The notes under the pieces were generated by a model. That model made no database searches. It had not been told where the DNA came from and was given only the letters and a program-made list of their open reading frames with translations. From NCBI GenBank assembly GCA_036679645.1, contig JAZDCY010000060.1:9247-73246 (forward strand): 64,000 nt of DNA. The letters are read 5' to 3'. Shown here piece by piece: positions 27,347-35,997 of this stretch. Source of the stretch: Gemmatimonadota bacterium (GTDB lineage Bacteria > Gemmatimonadota > Gemmatimonadetes > Gemmatimonadales > GWC2-71-9). How positions within the stretch are numbered: the first letter of the stretch is position 1; every line of letters starts with the position of its first letter. The position numbers and the translations under genes are program-made.

Positions 27347-29242
27347 CTAATCTAATCGCGTGCGTGCGCCGGACCACTCTGCGAAACGTGTCTCGAAGCG
27401 CTTGCGGCGGCTGGGTGTCAGGAACTCGCCGCGTATTACCGCGGCAATGATCGGAGCTTCCAAGTGGAACCGATCTCCGTCGAACACCACGAACCGGTGC
27501 CGTTCGAGTTCCTCGAGACCACGATCTACGGTGGCCGCGTCGAGTTCCGTGAGAGCGACGATCGCCTCGGGGTCGATGACGCGCGGCCCGATCGTCGCCG
27601 CGACCAGAACGTGACGCCCCTGCTCGGAAAGCTCGTTTGCCCGAGCAATCGTCATGAGCCGGACGAGTTCCGGAACGTCGAATGGAACGGCTGAATCGAT
27701 CGTATGACGTGGAGGCGGCCACTGGGTCGCGTCCTCGCGGAGCGCTGTCACGCGGCGGAGACCCTGCAACAACGTGGTTGCGAGGAGTGGGTTCCCGCTC
27801 GTCTCGTACCAGACCCGGCGTGCGAGCCGGTCGCGCTGCTCATCGTCGGGGCACCAATCAGCCAGCAGCATGACGAGCGACGTGATATCGGCCTCGGTAA
27901 GGGGACCGAGGCGAACGATCATTCCCGGCAGACGACGGCCGATTTCCCCGACCAATCCGATGCGGCTACCTTGTGCGGTCCCGCCGTCCGCGGCGGCAAC
28001 GGCCAGCAGCACCGGCTCGTCGCGTAGCTGGCCCATGGCTGCCTGCCAGGCTCCCAACGTGCTGGCGTCCGCCCAATGCCCGTCGTCCACGACGATCGCC
28101 ACCGGCTGCTCTTCGGCGACCGCTCGGATGAGCGACACGAGTGCCGTGGCGACGTGTGCGTGATCCAGCGCCGGCGAGGGATCCGCTCGTTCGCACAGCT
28201 CCGGTATGACGCTCGCGAGCACCGCGAGGGCGGCGGGATCTGTTCCGGCGAGCCCGGGGGCGTCGAGTAGACCTCCGCGGGCCAGCGCGCGCAACGTGCT
28301 CCACTCGGCATCACGATCCTGTTCCAGCGCGCGACCGACCGCGAGCAAACCGCCGTCGAGTTGCCAGCGATTCACGCACTCGCTCAGAAGACGAGTCTTT
28401 CCACTTCCGCTGTCACCGAGTACGGCGGCGGTGCGGCTCGCTCCCCGAAAAGCCTCCCCTACGAGCCGGAAGATCTCCTCGTGCACGGCGGCCCGGCCGA
28501 CGAGCGGGGGATCCACATCCGGCGACGCCACCGAGCGTCGGCGCCAGCGCCCGTTGCGGATGCGCTCCGCGAGCGCCGTCAGCTCGCGGCTGGGATCCTC
28601 GGCGAACTCCGCCTCGAGACGGTTGGCGAATTCGTGGAACCCGCGTAGCGCACCGGCAGCATCCCCCGCCAAGGTCGCGGCGCGCATCCGCAACCGCGCG
28701 GCCGGCTCGGAGTACGGGTCGAGCGCAAGCACGCGGGCTGCCGCCTCGTGCGCCTCGGCAAACCGCAGCGCGGCCAGCTCCCGCTCGCCGGTCCGCAACA
28801 AGGCCGAACTTGCCTGGGTCCGATGTCGCCCGCGCTCGGCCATGACCCAATCCTCAAAGGCCGGGGCGTCGTCGAGGGTCAGGCCCTCCAGGAAATCCCC
28901 GCGCGTAAGCGCCCGCTCGAGATCGTCCGCGTCGACGGAAAGTGCGGTGTCGTCGAGCGTGAGTGTGTCGCCCTTCGAGCGGATTCGGTCTGTCCCGAGT
29001 CCGGAGCGGAGTCGCCGCACCGCCTCGTTGAGTGAGTGGCGCGCCTTCGTCTGGTCCTTTTCGGGCCAGAGGAGCCCGAGCAGGTGTTCCCGCGACCTGG
29101 TCCGGTCGGGCGAGAGCGCCAGGTAGGCCAACAGCGCCACGTTCTTGCGCCATAGCACGTCCGTGGGCGGCTCCGCTCCGTCGATCCGGATGACCGGAGG
29201 GCCGAAACACCGGAGCTCCAGGGTCGGCAACTGATCGGGCAT
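27347..29242 (-). CDS. SARP/BTAD transcriptional activator with P-loop NTPase domain, copy 2
   Basis: Start MPDQLPTLELRCFG; collinear paralog of 22998..24881 (LLWPEKDQ..ARHSLNEAVRRLR; GDSGSGKT; IVVDDGH; TSGNPL). Confidence 0.85.
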   Translation of the reverse strand: MPDQLPTLELRCFGPPVIRIDGAEPPTDVLWRKNVALLAYLALSPDRTRSREHLLGLLWPEKDQTKARHSLNEAVRRLRSGLGTDRIRSKGDTLTLDDTALSVDADDLERALTRGDFLEGLTLDDAPAFEDWVMAERGRHRTQASSALLRTGERELAALRFAEAHEAAARVLALDPYSEPAARLRMRAATLAGDAAGALRGFHEFANRLEAEFAEDPSRELTALAERIRNGRWRRRSVASPDVDPPLVGRAAVHEEIFRLVGEAFRGASRTAAVLGDSGSGKTRLLSECVNRWQLDGGLLAVGRALEQDRDAEWSTLRALARGGLLDAPGLAGTDPAALAVLASVIPELCERADPSPALDHAHVATALVSLIRAVAEEQPVAIVVDDGHWADASTLGAWQAAMGQLRDEPVLLAVAAADGGTAQGSRIGLVGEIGRRLPGMIVRLGPLTEADITSLVMLLADWCPDDEQRDRLARRVWYETSGNPLLATTLLQGLRRVTALREDATQWPPPRHTIDSAVPFDVPELVRLMTIARANELSEQGRHVLVAATIGPRVIDPEAIVALTELDAATVDRGLEELERHRFVVFDGDRFHLEAPIIAAVIRGEFLTPSRRKRFETRFAEWSGARTRLD

Positions 29243-29396
29243 ATCGGGCGAGAATATGCCCCGCAGTCCGGTCGCCCGCGAGCGACCGGGACAGGGGCGC
29301 CGTAGCGGCTGGCGGTGACGTAGTACAGACTTAGACTCATGTACCGGCCGCGCTCGGCCGGTCTCCGACCCATTTCCCGTCGCGAGGGACCGCCGC

Positions 29397-30548
29397 ATGG
29401 CTCCGACCCTCTCTGATACCGAGTTGCTGGCGTGCCTGGTAGCGTTCGACACGACGAGCAGCAACAGCAATCTTCCGCTGATCGACTTCGTATCCGACTA
29501 CCTGGATCGGCCCGGTATTCGTCTGACGCGAAACCGGTCGCCGGAAGAGACGAAGTCGAACCTGGTGGTCGAGCTTGGGCCGGAGGCGGGCGACGAGCGG
29601 GCGGGCCTCATGCTCTCCGGACACACTGACACGGTGCCCGCGGAGGAGCCCGAGTGGCGCACGCCGCCGCATCAACTCACCACGGTGGACGGGCGGCTCT
29701 ACGGCAGAGGCAGCAGTGACATGAAGGGATTCGTGGCGCTGGCCATCAACACCGCCGCCACGCTCGATCCCAACGCCATGAAAGCGCCTCTCGCGCTCGT
29801 GCTGACGTACGACGAAGAGGTCGGCCTACTTGGCGCCAAGCAGTTTGCGGAAACTTGGCCGGCGTCCGCCCGTCTCCCGAAGAACACGGTCATCGGGGAG
29901 CCGACACGGCTCGAGGTAGTACGCGCGCACAAGGGCTTCGTGGATCTCCGGTTCATCTTCAGCGGTGAGAGCGCCCACAGCGGATACCCGCATCTGGGGC
30001 GCAATGCCATTGAGCCGGTGGGGAAGGCGATATCCGCGCTCGTCGAACTACGACGGTTGCTCGAGGCTGAGGGCGGTCCACACGCAGATGAGTTTCCGGA
30101 TGTGCCGTACGCTCCGCTCAACGTTGGGCGTGTCGTCGGGGGTGTCGCCACGAACGTCGTGCCGGACAGATGTGTCCTCGAGATCTCAACCCGACCCCTG
30201 CCCGGGATGCAGCCCTCGGATCTCGCGGAGCGCATCGAGCGGGTCGTTCGCAACGCGGCAGATGGAGAACCGCTCGAGGTGGAGACGATGAGCAGCAGCC
30301 CACCCCTGCTGCTCGCCCCCGATGCGGAGGTCCACATCGCCGCACGTGAAGCGGTGGGACAGACCGAGGACAAGGCCGTCTCGTATGCAACGGACGGCGG
30401 GTGGTTTCAGCAGATGGGCTTCGAGTGCGTGGTTTGGGGCCCCGGCGATATCGCCCGCGCGCACAAGCCCAACGAGTTCATCGGTATCGACGAACTCCAG
30501 CGTGGGCGTGAAGTGCTGGATCCCTTCGTTCGGCGTTTCTGCTTCTAG
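29397..30548 (+). CDS. argE: Acetylornithine deacetylase (M20 family)
   Basis: SGHTDTVP, GRGSSDMKG, YDEEVG, GEPT, AHKG, AHKPNE motifs. Confidence 0.88.
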   Translation: MAPTLSDTELLACLVAFDTTSSNSNLPLIDFVSDYLDRPGIRLTRNRSPEETKSNLVVELGPEAGDERAGLMLSGHTDTVPAEEPEWRTPPHQLTTVDGRLYGRGSSDMKGFVALAINTAATLDPNAMKAPLALVLTYDEEVGLLGAKQFAETWPASARLPKNTVIGEPTRLEVVRAHKGFVDLRFIFSGESAHSGYPHLGRNAIEPVGKAISALVELRRLLEAEGGPHADEFPDVPYAPLNVGRVVGGVATNVVPDRCVLEISTRPLPGMQPSDLAERIERVVRNAADGEPLEVETMSSSPPLLLAPDAEVHIAAREAVGQTEDKAVSYATDGGWFQQMGFECVVWGPGDIARAHKPNEFIGIDELQRGREVLDPFVRRFCF

Positions 30549-30726
30549 CTGCAGGTCCGACTGCGCGCGGTGCGGTTCGTCTTCCGCTCGGCGATGGCAT
30601 CGCTGTCGAACTCACCGACGCGCGCTCCAGCACCGACCGGTGTGCTCCGCTGGACGAAGGCAGATCGGTTACGCCCACTCCCATCGTGGCGAGAAGAGCG
30701 GACTAGCCTCGAATCTCCTTGTGTGA

Positions 30727-30763
30727 CAAATTGCAATCTGAAATCTGCATTCTGCAATCACTC
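30727..30763 (-). repeat. Heptamer tandem repeat at the ALDH stop (same family as 3229)
   Basis: Minus strand GAGTGATTGCAGAATGCAGATTTCAGATTGCAATT; the first 22 nt are identical to 3229-3250. Confidence 0.85.
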
Positions 30764-32338
30764 GTCCCCAAACGTGACACCTTGCGCCAGCGGCAGGTCC
30801 GTACTCCAATTGATCGTGTTCGTTTGTCGACGCATGTACGCTTTCCATGCGTCGGATCCCGACTCGCGCCCGCCTCCGGTCTCTTTCTCTCCACCGAACG
30901 CACCACCGATCTCCGCTCCGCTCGTACCGATGTTCACGTTGGCGATACCGCAGTCGCTGCCGCGCTGCGAGAGGAACATCTCCATCTCGCGCATGTTCTC
31001 GGTGAAGATCGCGGACGCCAGCCCCTGGGGAACGGCGTTGTGGAGCGCGATCGCCTCGTCTATCTCCGAAACGGCGTCGGTCGGTGACGCGTCGGCGTTG
31101 CCGTAGCTGATGATATACAGGATGGGTGCGAAGGTTTCTTCCTGCACGATATCAAACTCGTTCCGCGCTTCGGCGATGCACGGCGTGACATAATGGCCGC
31201 CGGGGAAGTCCGGTCCGTCGAGTTTTTCGCCGCCGCAGCTAATAGTGCCGCCTTCATTCTTGATGCGGTCGATGGCTTTCATCATGTCGTCCACTGCGCC
31301 GAGCGTGACAAGCGGCCCCATGAGCGTGCCGTCCTCGCGGGGATCGCCGATAGTGATACCGTCGTACGCTTTGACTAGTCGCTTGACGAGTTCGTGCTTG
31401 ACCGACGCGTGGACGATGATCCGTCGCGTGGACGTGCAACGCTGACCTGCCGTGCCTACAGCGCCAAAGAGGATAGCGCGGAGCGCCAGGTCGAGGTTTG
31501 CGCTTGGGGTTACAATGATGGCGTTGTTACCGCCAAGCTCGAGGATCGTACGGCCGAGCCGCTTGCCAACGACCTGTGCCACCCGATAGCCCATCTTACA
31601 ACTGCCCGTGGCGGAGACGAGCGGAATGCGGGTGTCGTGGAGCAGACGGTCGCCGACAGTCGAACCCTTGCCGACCACGAGCGAGAAGATGGCGGGATCC
31701 ACGTCGTTCTCGCGGCACACCTGCTCGGCAATCCGGGTGCATGCAATTGCGGTGAGCGGTGTCTGGCTGGACGGCTTCCACACCGTACTGTCGCCGCACA
31801 CGCATGCGATAGCCGTGTTCCAACTCCACACCGCCACCGGAAAGTTGAAGGCGCTGATTACGCCCACGACGCCGAGCGGATGCCACTGCTCGTACATGCG
31901 GTGGTCGGCCCGCTCAGAGTGCATGGTGAAGCCATAAAGTTGCCGTGAGAGACCGACGGCGAAATCGCAGATGTCGATCATCTCCTGGACCTCGCCCTGT
32001 CCCTCCGCGCCGATCTTCCCCATCTCGAGCGTGACCAGTGCGCCGAGTTCGGTCTTCCGCTCACGCAACCGATTGCCGAGTTGCCGAACGATCTCGCCCC
32101 GCTTGGGTGCGGGCACGGTGCGCCACGTGTGAAACGCGGCATTGGCCCGCTCGACGATTCCATCGTACTCGTCTTCGGTGACCTGTTGGACGGTGGCGAT
32201 GCGTCTGCCGTCGATGGGGCTCGTGACCGCGAGGTCCGGGCCGGACCCGATCCAATCACCGGCGAACCCACCGGAATTGGCGTCCTGAATGCCCAGTTTT
32301 TGCAGAAAATCAGCTGCCGCAAGAGATATTGAAGCCAT
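30758..32338 (-). CDS. Aldehyde dehydrogenase family 7 (antiquitin / piperideine-6-carboxylate dehydrogenase-like)
   Basis: PAPKRGEIVRQ, GEVQEMIDICDFAVGLSRQLYG, ISAFNFP, LELGGNN, GQRCT, GGEKETGGGRESGSDAWKAYMRRQT; start MASIS (32338). Confidence 0.92.
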   Translation of the reverse strand: MASISLAAADFLQKLGIQDANSGGFAGDWIGSGPDLAVTSPIDGRRIATVQQVTEDEYDGIVERANAAFHTWRTVPAPKRGEIVRQLGNRLRERKTELGALVTLEMGKIGAEGQGEVQEMIDICDFAVGLSRQLYGFTMHSERADHRMYEQWHPLGVVGVISAFNFPVAVWSWNTAIACVCGDSTVWKPSSQTPLTAIACTRIAEQVCRENDVDPAIFSLVVGKGSTVGDRLLHDTRIPLVSATGSCKMGYRVAQVVGKRLGRTILELGGNNAIIVTPSANLDLALRAILFGAVGTAGQRCTSTRRIIVHASVKHELVKRLVKAYDGITIGDPREDGTLMGPLVTLGAVDDMMKAIDRIKNEGGTISCGGEKLDGPDFPGGHYVTPCIAEARNEFDIVQEETFAPILYIISYGNADASPTDAVSEIDEAIALHNAVPQGLASAIFTENMREMEMFLSQRGSDCGIANVNIGTSGAEIGGAFGGEKETGGGRESGSDAWKAYMRRQTNTINWSTDLPLAQGVTFGDE

Positions 32339-32360
32339 GGATTCATCCACCAGTGGGTAC

Positions 32361-33584
32361 TTACCGCTCCGGCTCGAGTTGGTCGGCGTCGACGGCAACC
32401 GCTTCGAGCCAGCGCAGAGTGGGGGGCAGCAGGCGGAACGCGTCCGCCGGATAGACCGAGCGAGGATTCCAGAGCACCCACTCGCCAATTCCCAGCTCTT
32501 CGGCCGCCCGGATCTGCGCGCGGATCATCTTCGCGTCATACCGCACGCGGTAGATCGTGAAGGCTTGAAGATACGGTCGAATCTGCGGGGGATCGTCCAT
32601 GGCGGCCGCTCGTTCGAGTCCATCCTGGAGCGCACGCCGAACGATGCCATAGGGCTCGCCGTTGGGGTGCTGGATGCCGAAGGCGCCCCGGTAGTAATGG
32701 CTGGGATAGACCATCGGCAGAATCACGTCGGCGAGCGGAGCGAGGTCGGACCATCGCTGGCCGATCCCGACATCGCCGTTGGAACTCATCGTGAGTCCAA
32801 ACACGTCGAGCGTGAACGGCACTCGCAGGTGCCCGAGCCGGTCCCGCATGAGTCGTACGTTGCGACGCACCGCCGCGTGGAACGGCTCGCGCGCATGGCG
32901 CGCGGGGAAAACCGCGTACTGGAGCAACTCGTGCGGCTCATCGGGGAAGCGGAGATAGTCGAACTGCACCTCGCGAAATCCGAGCAGGACCGCCTCTGCA
33001 GCTATATCCGCGGCATACGTCCAGACCGAGTCGTTGTACGCATCGACCCACTTGGAATCGATGCGGTCGTGCCAAAACCCGCCGCGGGAATCCTGTACCG
33101 CCCACCCGGGTTTTTCCACCGCGAGCAGTGGGTCTTTCGCGACGACGATGCGAGCGATCGGGTAGATGCCGTGCTCGTGTAGCAGGGCGATGCGCGCGGC
33201 CGCGTCCCGCGCGCGGATCATCCCGTTGGCCCCTACTTCGAGCGCGGTGGGGACCGACGAACGATACGTCAGGTACCCGGTATCGTCCTTGACGTCGATG
33301 ACAAAGGCGTTGATCTCGGTTGTATCGGCGAGACTCAATAAGTCGTAGAACCGCGATCCACCGAACGCCCATGCATTGAGATAGATGGCTCGCACTGCGA
33401 CCGGCGCCTCACCCGGAGGTGGCGGCGGCAGCTGAATCGATTCGGGTCCTGACGGCAGGACCTCGGCGAGATAGTTCGGACGCCGGTCGGCGTGATGCCG
33501 TAGCGGGTCCGTTGCTTCCTGTGCCGCGCTCGCTGCGGGAACGGCGGCAGCGACCGCGAACAGCACTACGAGTACGCGGCGCAC
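32361..33584 (-). CDS. Putative glycoside hydrolase (DUF4015-like), exported
   Basis: GTG start overlapping the upstream TAG; signal peptide; RAIYL, NAFVIDVKDDTG, IYPIARIVVAKD, QFDYLRFP, PMVYPSHY, RPYLQAF. Confidence 0.8.
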   Translation of the reverse strand: MRRVLVVLFAVAAAVPAASAAQEATDPLRHHADRRPNYLAEVLPSGPESIQLPPPPPGEAPVAVRAIYLNAWAFGGSRFYDLLSLADTTEINAFVIDVKDDTGYLTYRSSVPTALEVGANGMIRARDAAARIALLHEHGIYPIARIVVAKDPLLAVEKPGWAVQDSRGGFWHDRIDSKWVDAYNDSVWTYAADIAAEAVLLGFREVQFDYLRFPDEPHELLQYAVFPARHAREPFHAAVRRNVRLMRDRLGHLRVPFTLDVFGLTMSSNGDVGIGQRWSDLAPLADVILPMVYPSHYYRGAFGIQHPNGEPYGIVRRALQDGLERAAAMDDPPQIRPYLQAFTIYRVRYDAKMIRAQIRAAEELGIGEWVLWNPRSVYPADAFRLLPPTLRWLEAVAVDADQLEPER

Positions 33585-35890
33585 TAATGGTCCCGGAGCA
33601 GCGTGTTGAAGAGGAGCGGATAGGTCGCGATCGTCTGGGCGCGGTACTGCGGCCGGAATCCAAAGAGCACCACATGCCCGTTCCCGACAGATGCGTCCAC
33701 CATGGCGGCCTTCCCGGCTACGACCTCGGGGCCGAGTACCCAACCCGACAAGAGCACGTCCTCGGGGTTGCTGGGATACCACGCAACGACATCGATCGAG
33801 TCCGAGTTGGTGACCTCGAGGGCAGGGCTGTTCTGAAACCACGCAATGCTGTGTGACGGCATGCCAGCGGTGAGCGGATGGGTTGGGTCGAGATCGAGTC
33901 GGAAGATGCTGCCGGGAGCAAAGAACTGATCGCTCTCGAGCCCGTCCGTGGCGACGCGCACGGGGAGATCGAAGGCCGAGATGGCCCACTCGGTGGCATC
34001 GTCGAGCGTCACAAGCGTGCCGCCGTCGCGCACAAAGTCTCGCAGCGCCTGCACGCCGACCTCACCCAGACCACCCGAATAGGGTGCGGGGTAGTCATCT
34101 CCCCGGCCCTCGACGAGGTCGGCGCGCGACTGGCGCGGAATCACGATGACGTCGAATGAGGCGTGGAGGCTCCCAGCTCGGACGGTCGAATCGACGACTG
34201 ACTCGTACGGGACGTGCCACGTATCGAAGATCCACCGAGTCCACCCCTCGTCCATCGAGGCCGCGTAGGACTTGTAGAGCCCCACGCGAGCCCAGTTCCC
34301 GTCACCAGCTGCGTACCGTGGCGCCGGGGCGGCGGGCGGGTCGATCGGATCGGAGAGCCGGACGGCCACGCTGTCGTGCACGCTCTCAACCTGCACGTCC
34401 ATGAGCAACGGCAGTGTGTGCGCTGTCACATCGTAGGGTGGGCGAGGCGGACCGCCCGGGTATTGGCGCAGGTCCGGGTAGTGTTGTCGCTCGAGCAGCG
34501 CCTTGGCAAATGCTCCATACGGTTGGCGCAGAACGACGAGGTAGGTCCCCTCTGGGTACTCGCGCCCGCCGGCAGCGAACGTGCCGCGCGCGGTGCGGAT
34601 CTCGACAGCGCCACGGTGGAGGATGCCAAGAAGGGTCGCGAGACCAATGGCGTTCTCCTGTACCGCGGGGATCGCGAACGCATACGGCCATCCCTCCCAT
34701 CCCTGTACCGCACGTTCGCCGATCGCGAGGAAGTTCTGGAGCCAGGTCCGTCGGTTCGCCGCAGCGTGGTCCAGCAGTGCGATCGCGCCGGAACTCATGT
34801 AGTCCACGATATCGGCGAGCGTCCATTTTCCGCCCGGCCATGGGTTGGGAAAGTTCCAACTGGGGGTTTGGGCGTCGAAACCGCGTCGCCCGCGCAGGTC
34901 AGCGAAATCGACGTCGATGGGCGTTGCCAGTCGCGCGCTCGCGGTCTCGGAGAGAATGCGCACGCCCGCGTGGTAGTGCTGATATGCGCGCGCGGGCGTC
35001 CATGCGTCGTAGGTGGCTTGGACGACGATCCCCTTCTTACCTTGACCCGCCAGCTCCCACGCCATGTGCGTGCCGAGCGAGTTGAAACCGGAGACGATGA
35101 GCGGATCGACGTTCGGCTCGACCGGATCGAGAAACGGCGGGAGAAAGAAGCGGCTGCCTTGCGAACCCTGTTGGTGAATGTCGTGCACGATCTGCGGATG
35201 CCACGCGTTGTGCAGGCTGTCAATCGTAAGCTGTGTTTCGACCTGCGTGAACGCGTACCAATCGCGGTTGTTGTCGTGCCCGACATAGTGATGGTACAAC
35301 TCGGGCGGCGACGTCCCTTCAGCCGGCGTCCCGAGAGTCTGGTTATACCAGCGGCTCACGATCGTGACGCCGTCCGGGTTCAGCGACGGGACGAGCAGCA
35401 ACACCGTCGCGTCGAGAATGTCCAGAATGCGAGGCTCAGACGATGTCGCGAGCCGGTGCGCGATGATCGTTGGGGCGAGATGCCCACCGACCTCAGTTGA
35501 GTGAATGCTCGAGGTGATGAGCACGATGGTGCGCCCATCGCGCAGCAACCGGTCGCGTTCGTCGGACGAACCGATACGGCGCGGATCGGCCAGGCGCGCG
35601 TTCATGTCGCGGATCTCATCGAGCCGCTCCATGTTCGCGGGGCTGGTAATCACGAGGGTGACGAATGGGGCGCCAAGCGTCGTCTTCCCCAACTCGCGGT
35701 ACTGCACACGGTCGCTGGCCGCCGCGAGCCGCTGGTAGTACTCAACCAACACCGGCCACTCGACCAGCTTGCGGTCCGTCCCGGGTACGAATCCTAGGAC
35801 ATCCTCGGGAGCGGGTATCCCCTGCGCGGCGAGGCGCCCGGGGACGGAGGCGGCGAGGAGGAGGCAGAGCACGACAGCGGTCCGAAACAT
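33584..35890 (-). CDS. Secreted M14 family zinc carboxypeptidase
   Basis: Signal peptide; HSTE zinc motif, NPDG, DNNRD, HDIHQ, YDVTAHTLP; C-terminal GATase-like domain. Confidence 0.85.
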   Translation of the reverse strand: MFRTAVVLCLLLAASVPGRLAAQGIPAPEDVLGFVPGTDRKLVEWPVLVEYYQRLAAASDRVQYRELGKTTLGAPFVTLVITSPANMERLDEIRDMNARLADPRRIGSSDERDRLLRDGRTIVLITSSIHSTEVGGHLAPTIIAHRLATSSEPRILDILDATVLLLVPSLNPDGVTIVSRWYNQTLGTPAEGTSPPELYHHYVGHDNNRDWYAFTQVETQLTIDSLHNAWHPQIVHDIHQQGSQGSRFFLPPFLDPVEPNVDPLIVSGFNSLGTHMAWELAGQGKKGIVVQATYDAWTPARAYQHYHAGVRILSETASARLATPIDVDFADLRGRRGFDAQTPSWNFPNPWPGGKWTLADIVDYMSSGAIALLDHAAANRRTWLQNFLAIGERAVQGWEGWPYAFAIPAVQENAIGLATLLGILHRGAVEIRTARGTFAAGGREYPEGTYLVVLRQPYGAFAKALLERQHYPDLRQYPGGPPRPPYDVTAHTLPLLMDVQVESVHDSVAVRLSDPIDPPAAPAPRYAAGDGNWARVGLYKSYAASMDEGWTRWIFDTWHVPYESVVDSTVRAGSLHASFDVIVIPRQSRADLVEGRGDDYPAPYSGGLGEVGVQALRDFVRDGGTLVTLDDATEWAISAFDLPVRVATDGLESDQFFAPGSIFRLDLDPTHPLTAGMPSHSIAWFQNSPALEVTNSDSIDVVAWYPSNPEDVLLSGWVLGPEVVAGKAAMVDASVGNGHVVLFGFRPQYRAQTIATYPLLFNTLLRDH

Positions 35891-35997
35891 CCAGCCCTCT
35901 GAAAAAGAAGGACCAGGAGTCTAACGCGCCGAGAGGTGAAAGGCGACCGAGTCCAAGTCTCGGACCCGGCCGCCGGTTTCTGCTGGACTTCGTTCCC

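Noticed and set aside
26622..27722. Long N-terminal extensions given by the ORF track (also 7035..9236, 27347..29470, 32361..33989, 35998..38106, 49302..50948, 51386..52333)
   Set aside because: The extensions overlap neighbouring genes and are low-complexity Arg-rich; downstream starts give proper signal peptides or family N-termini.
30545..30757. 70-aa ORF between argE and ALDH
   Set aside because: It starts within the heptamer repeat (MQNADFRLQ is the translated repeat), has no RBS and no recognisable domain.
19005..32338. Alpha-aminoadipate lysine pathway cluster (aconitase, dehydrogenase, M20 deacylase, ALDH7)
   Set aside because: Genes are dispersed on both strands, no lysW/lysX is present, and the dehydrogenase substrate region (ERS..L.LRF) looks LeuB-like.
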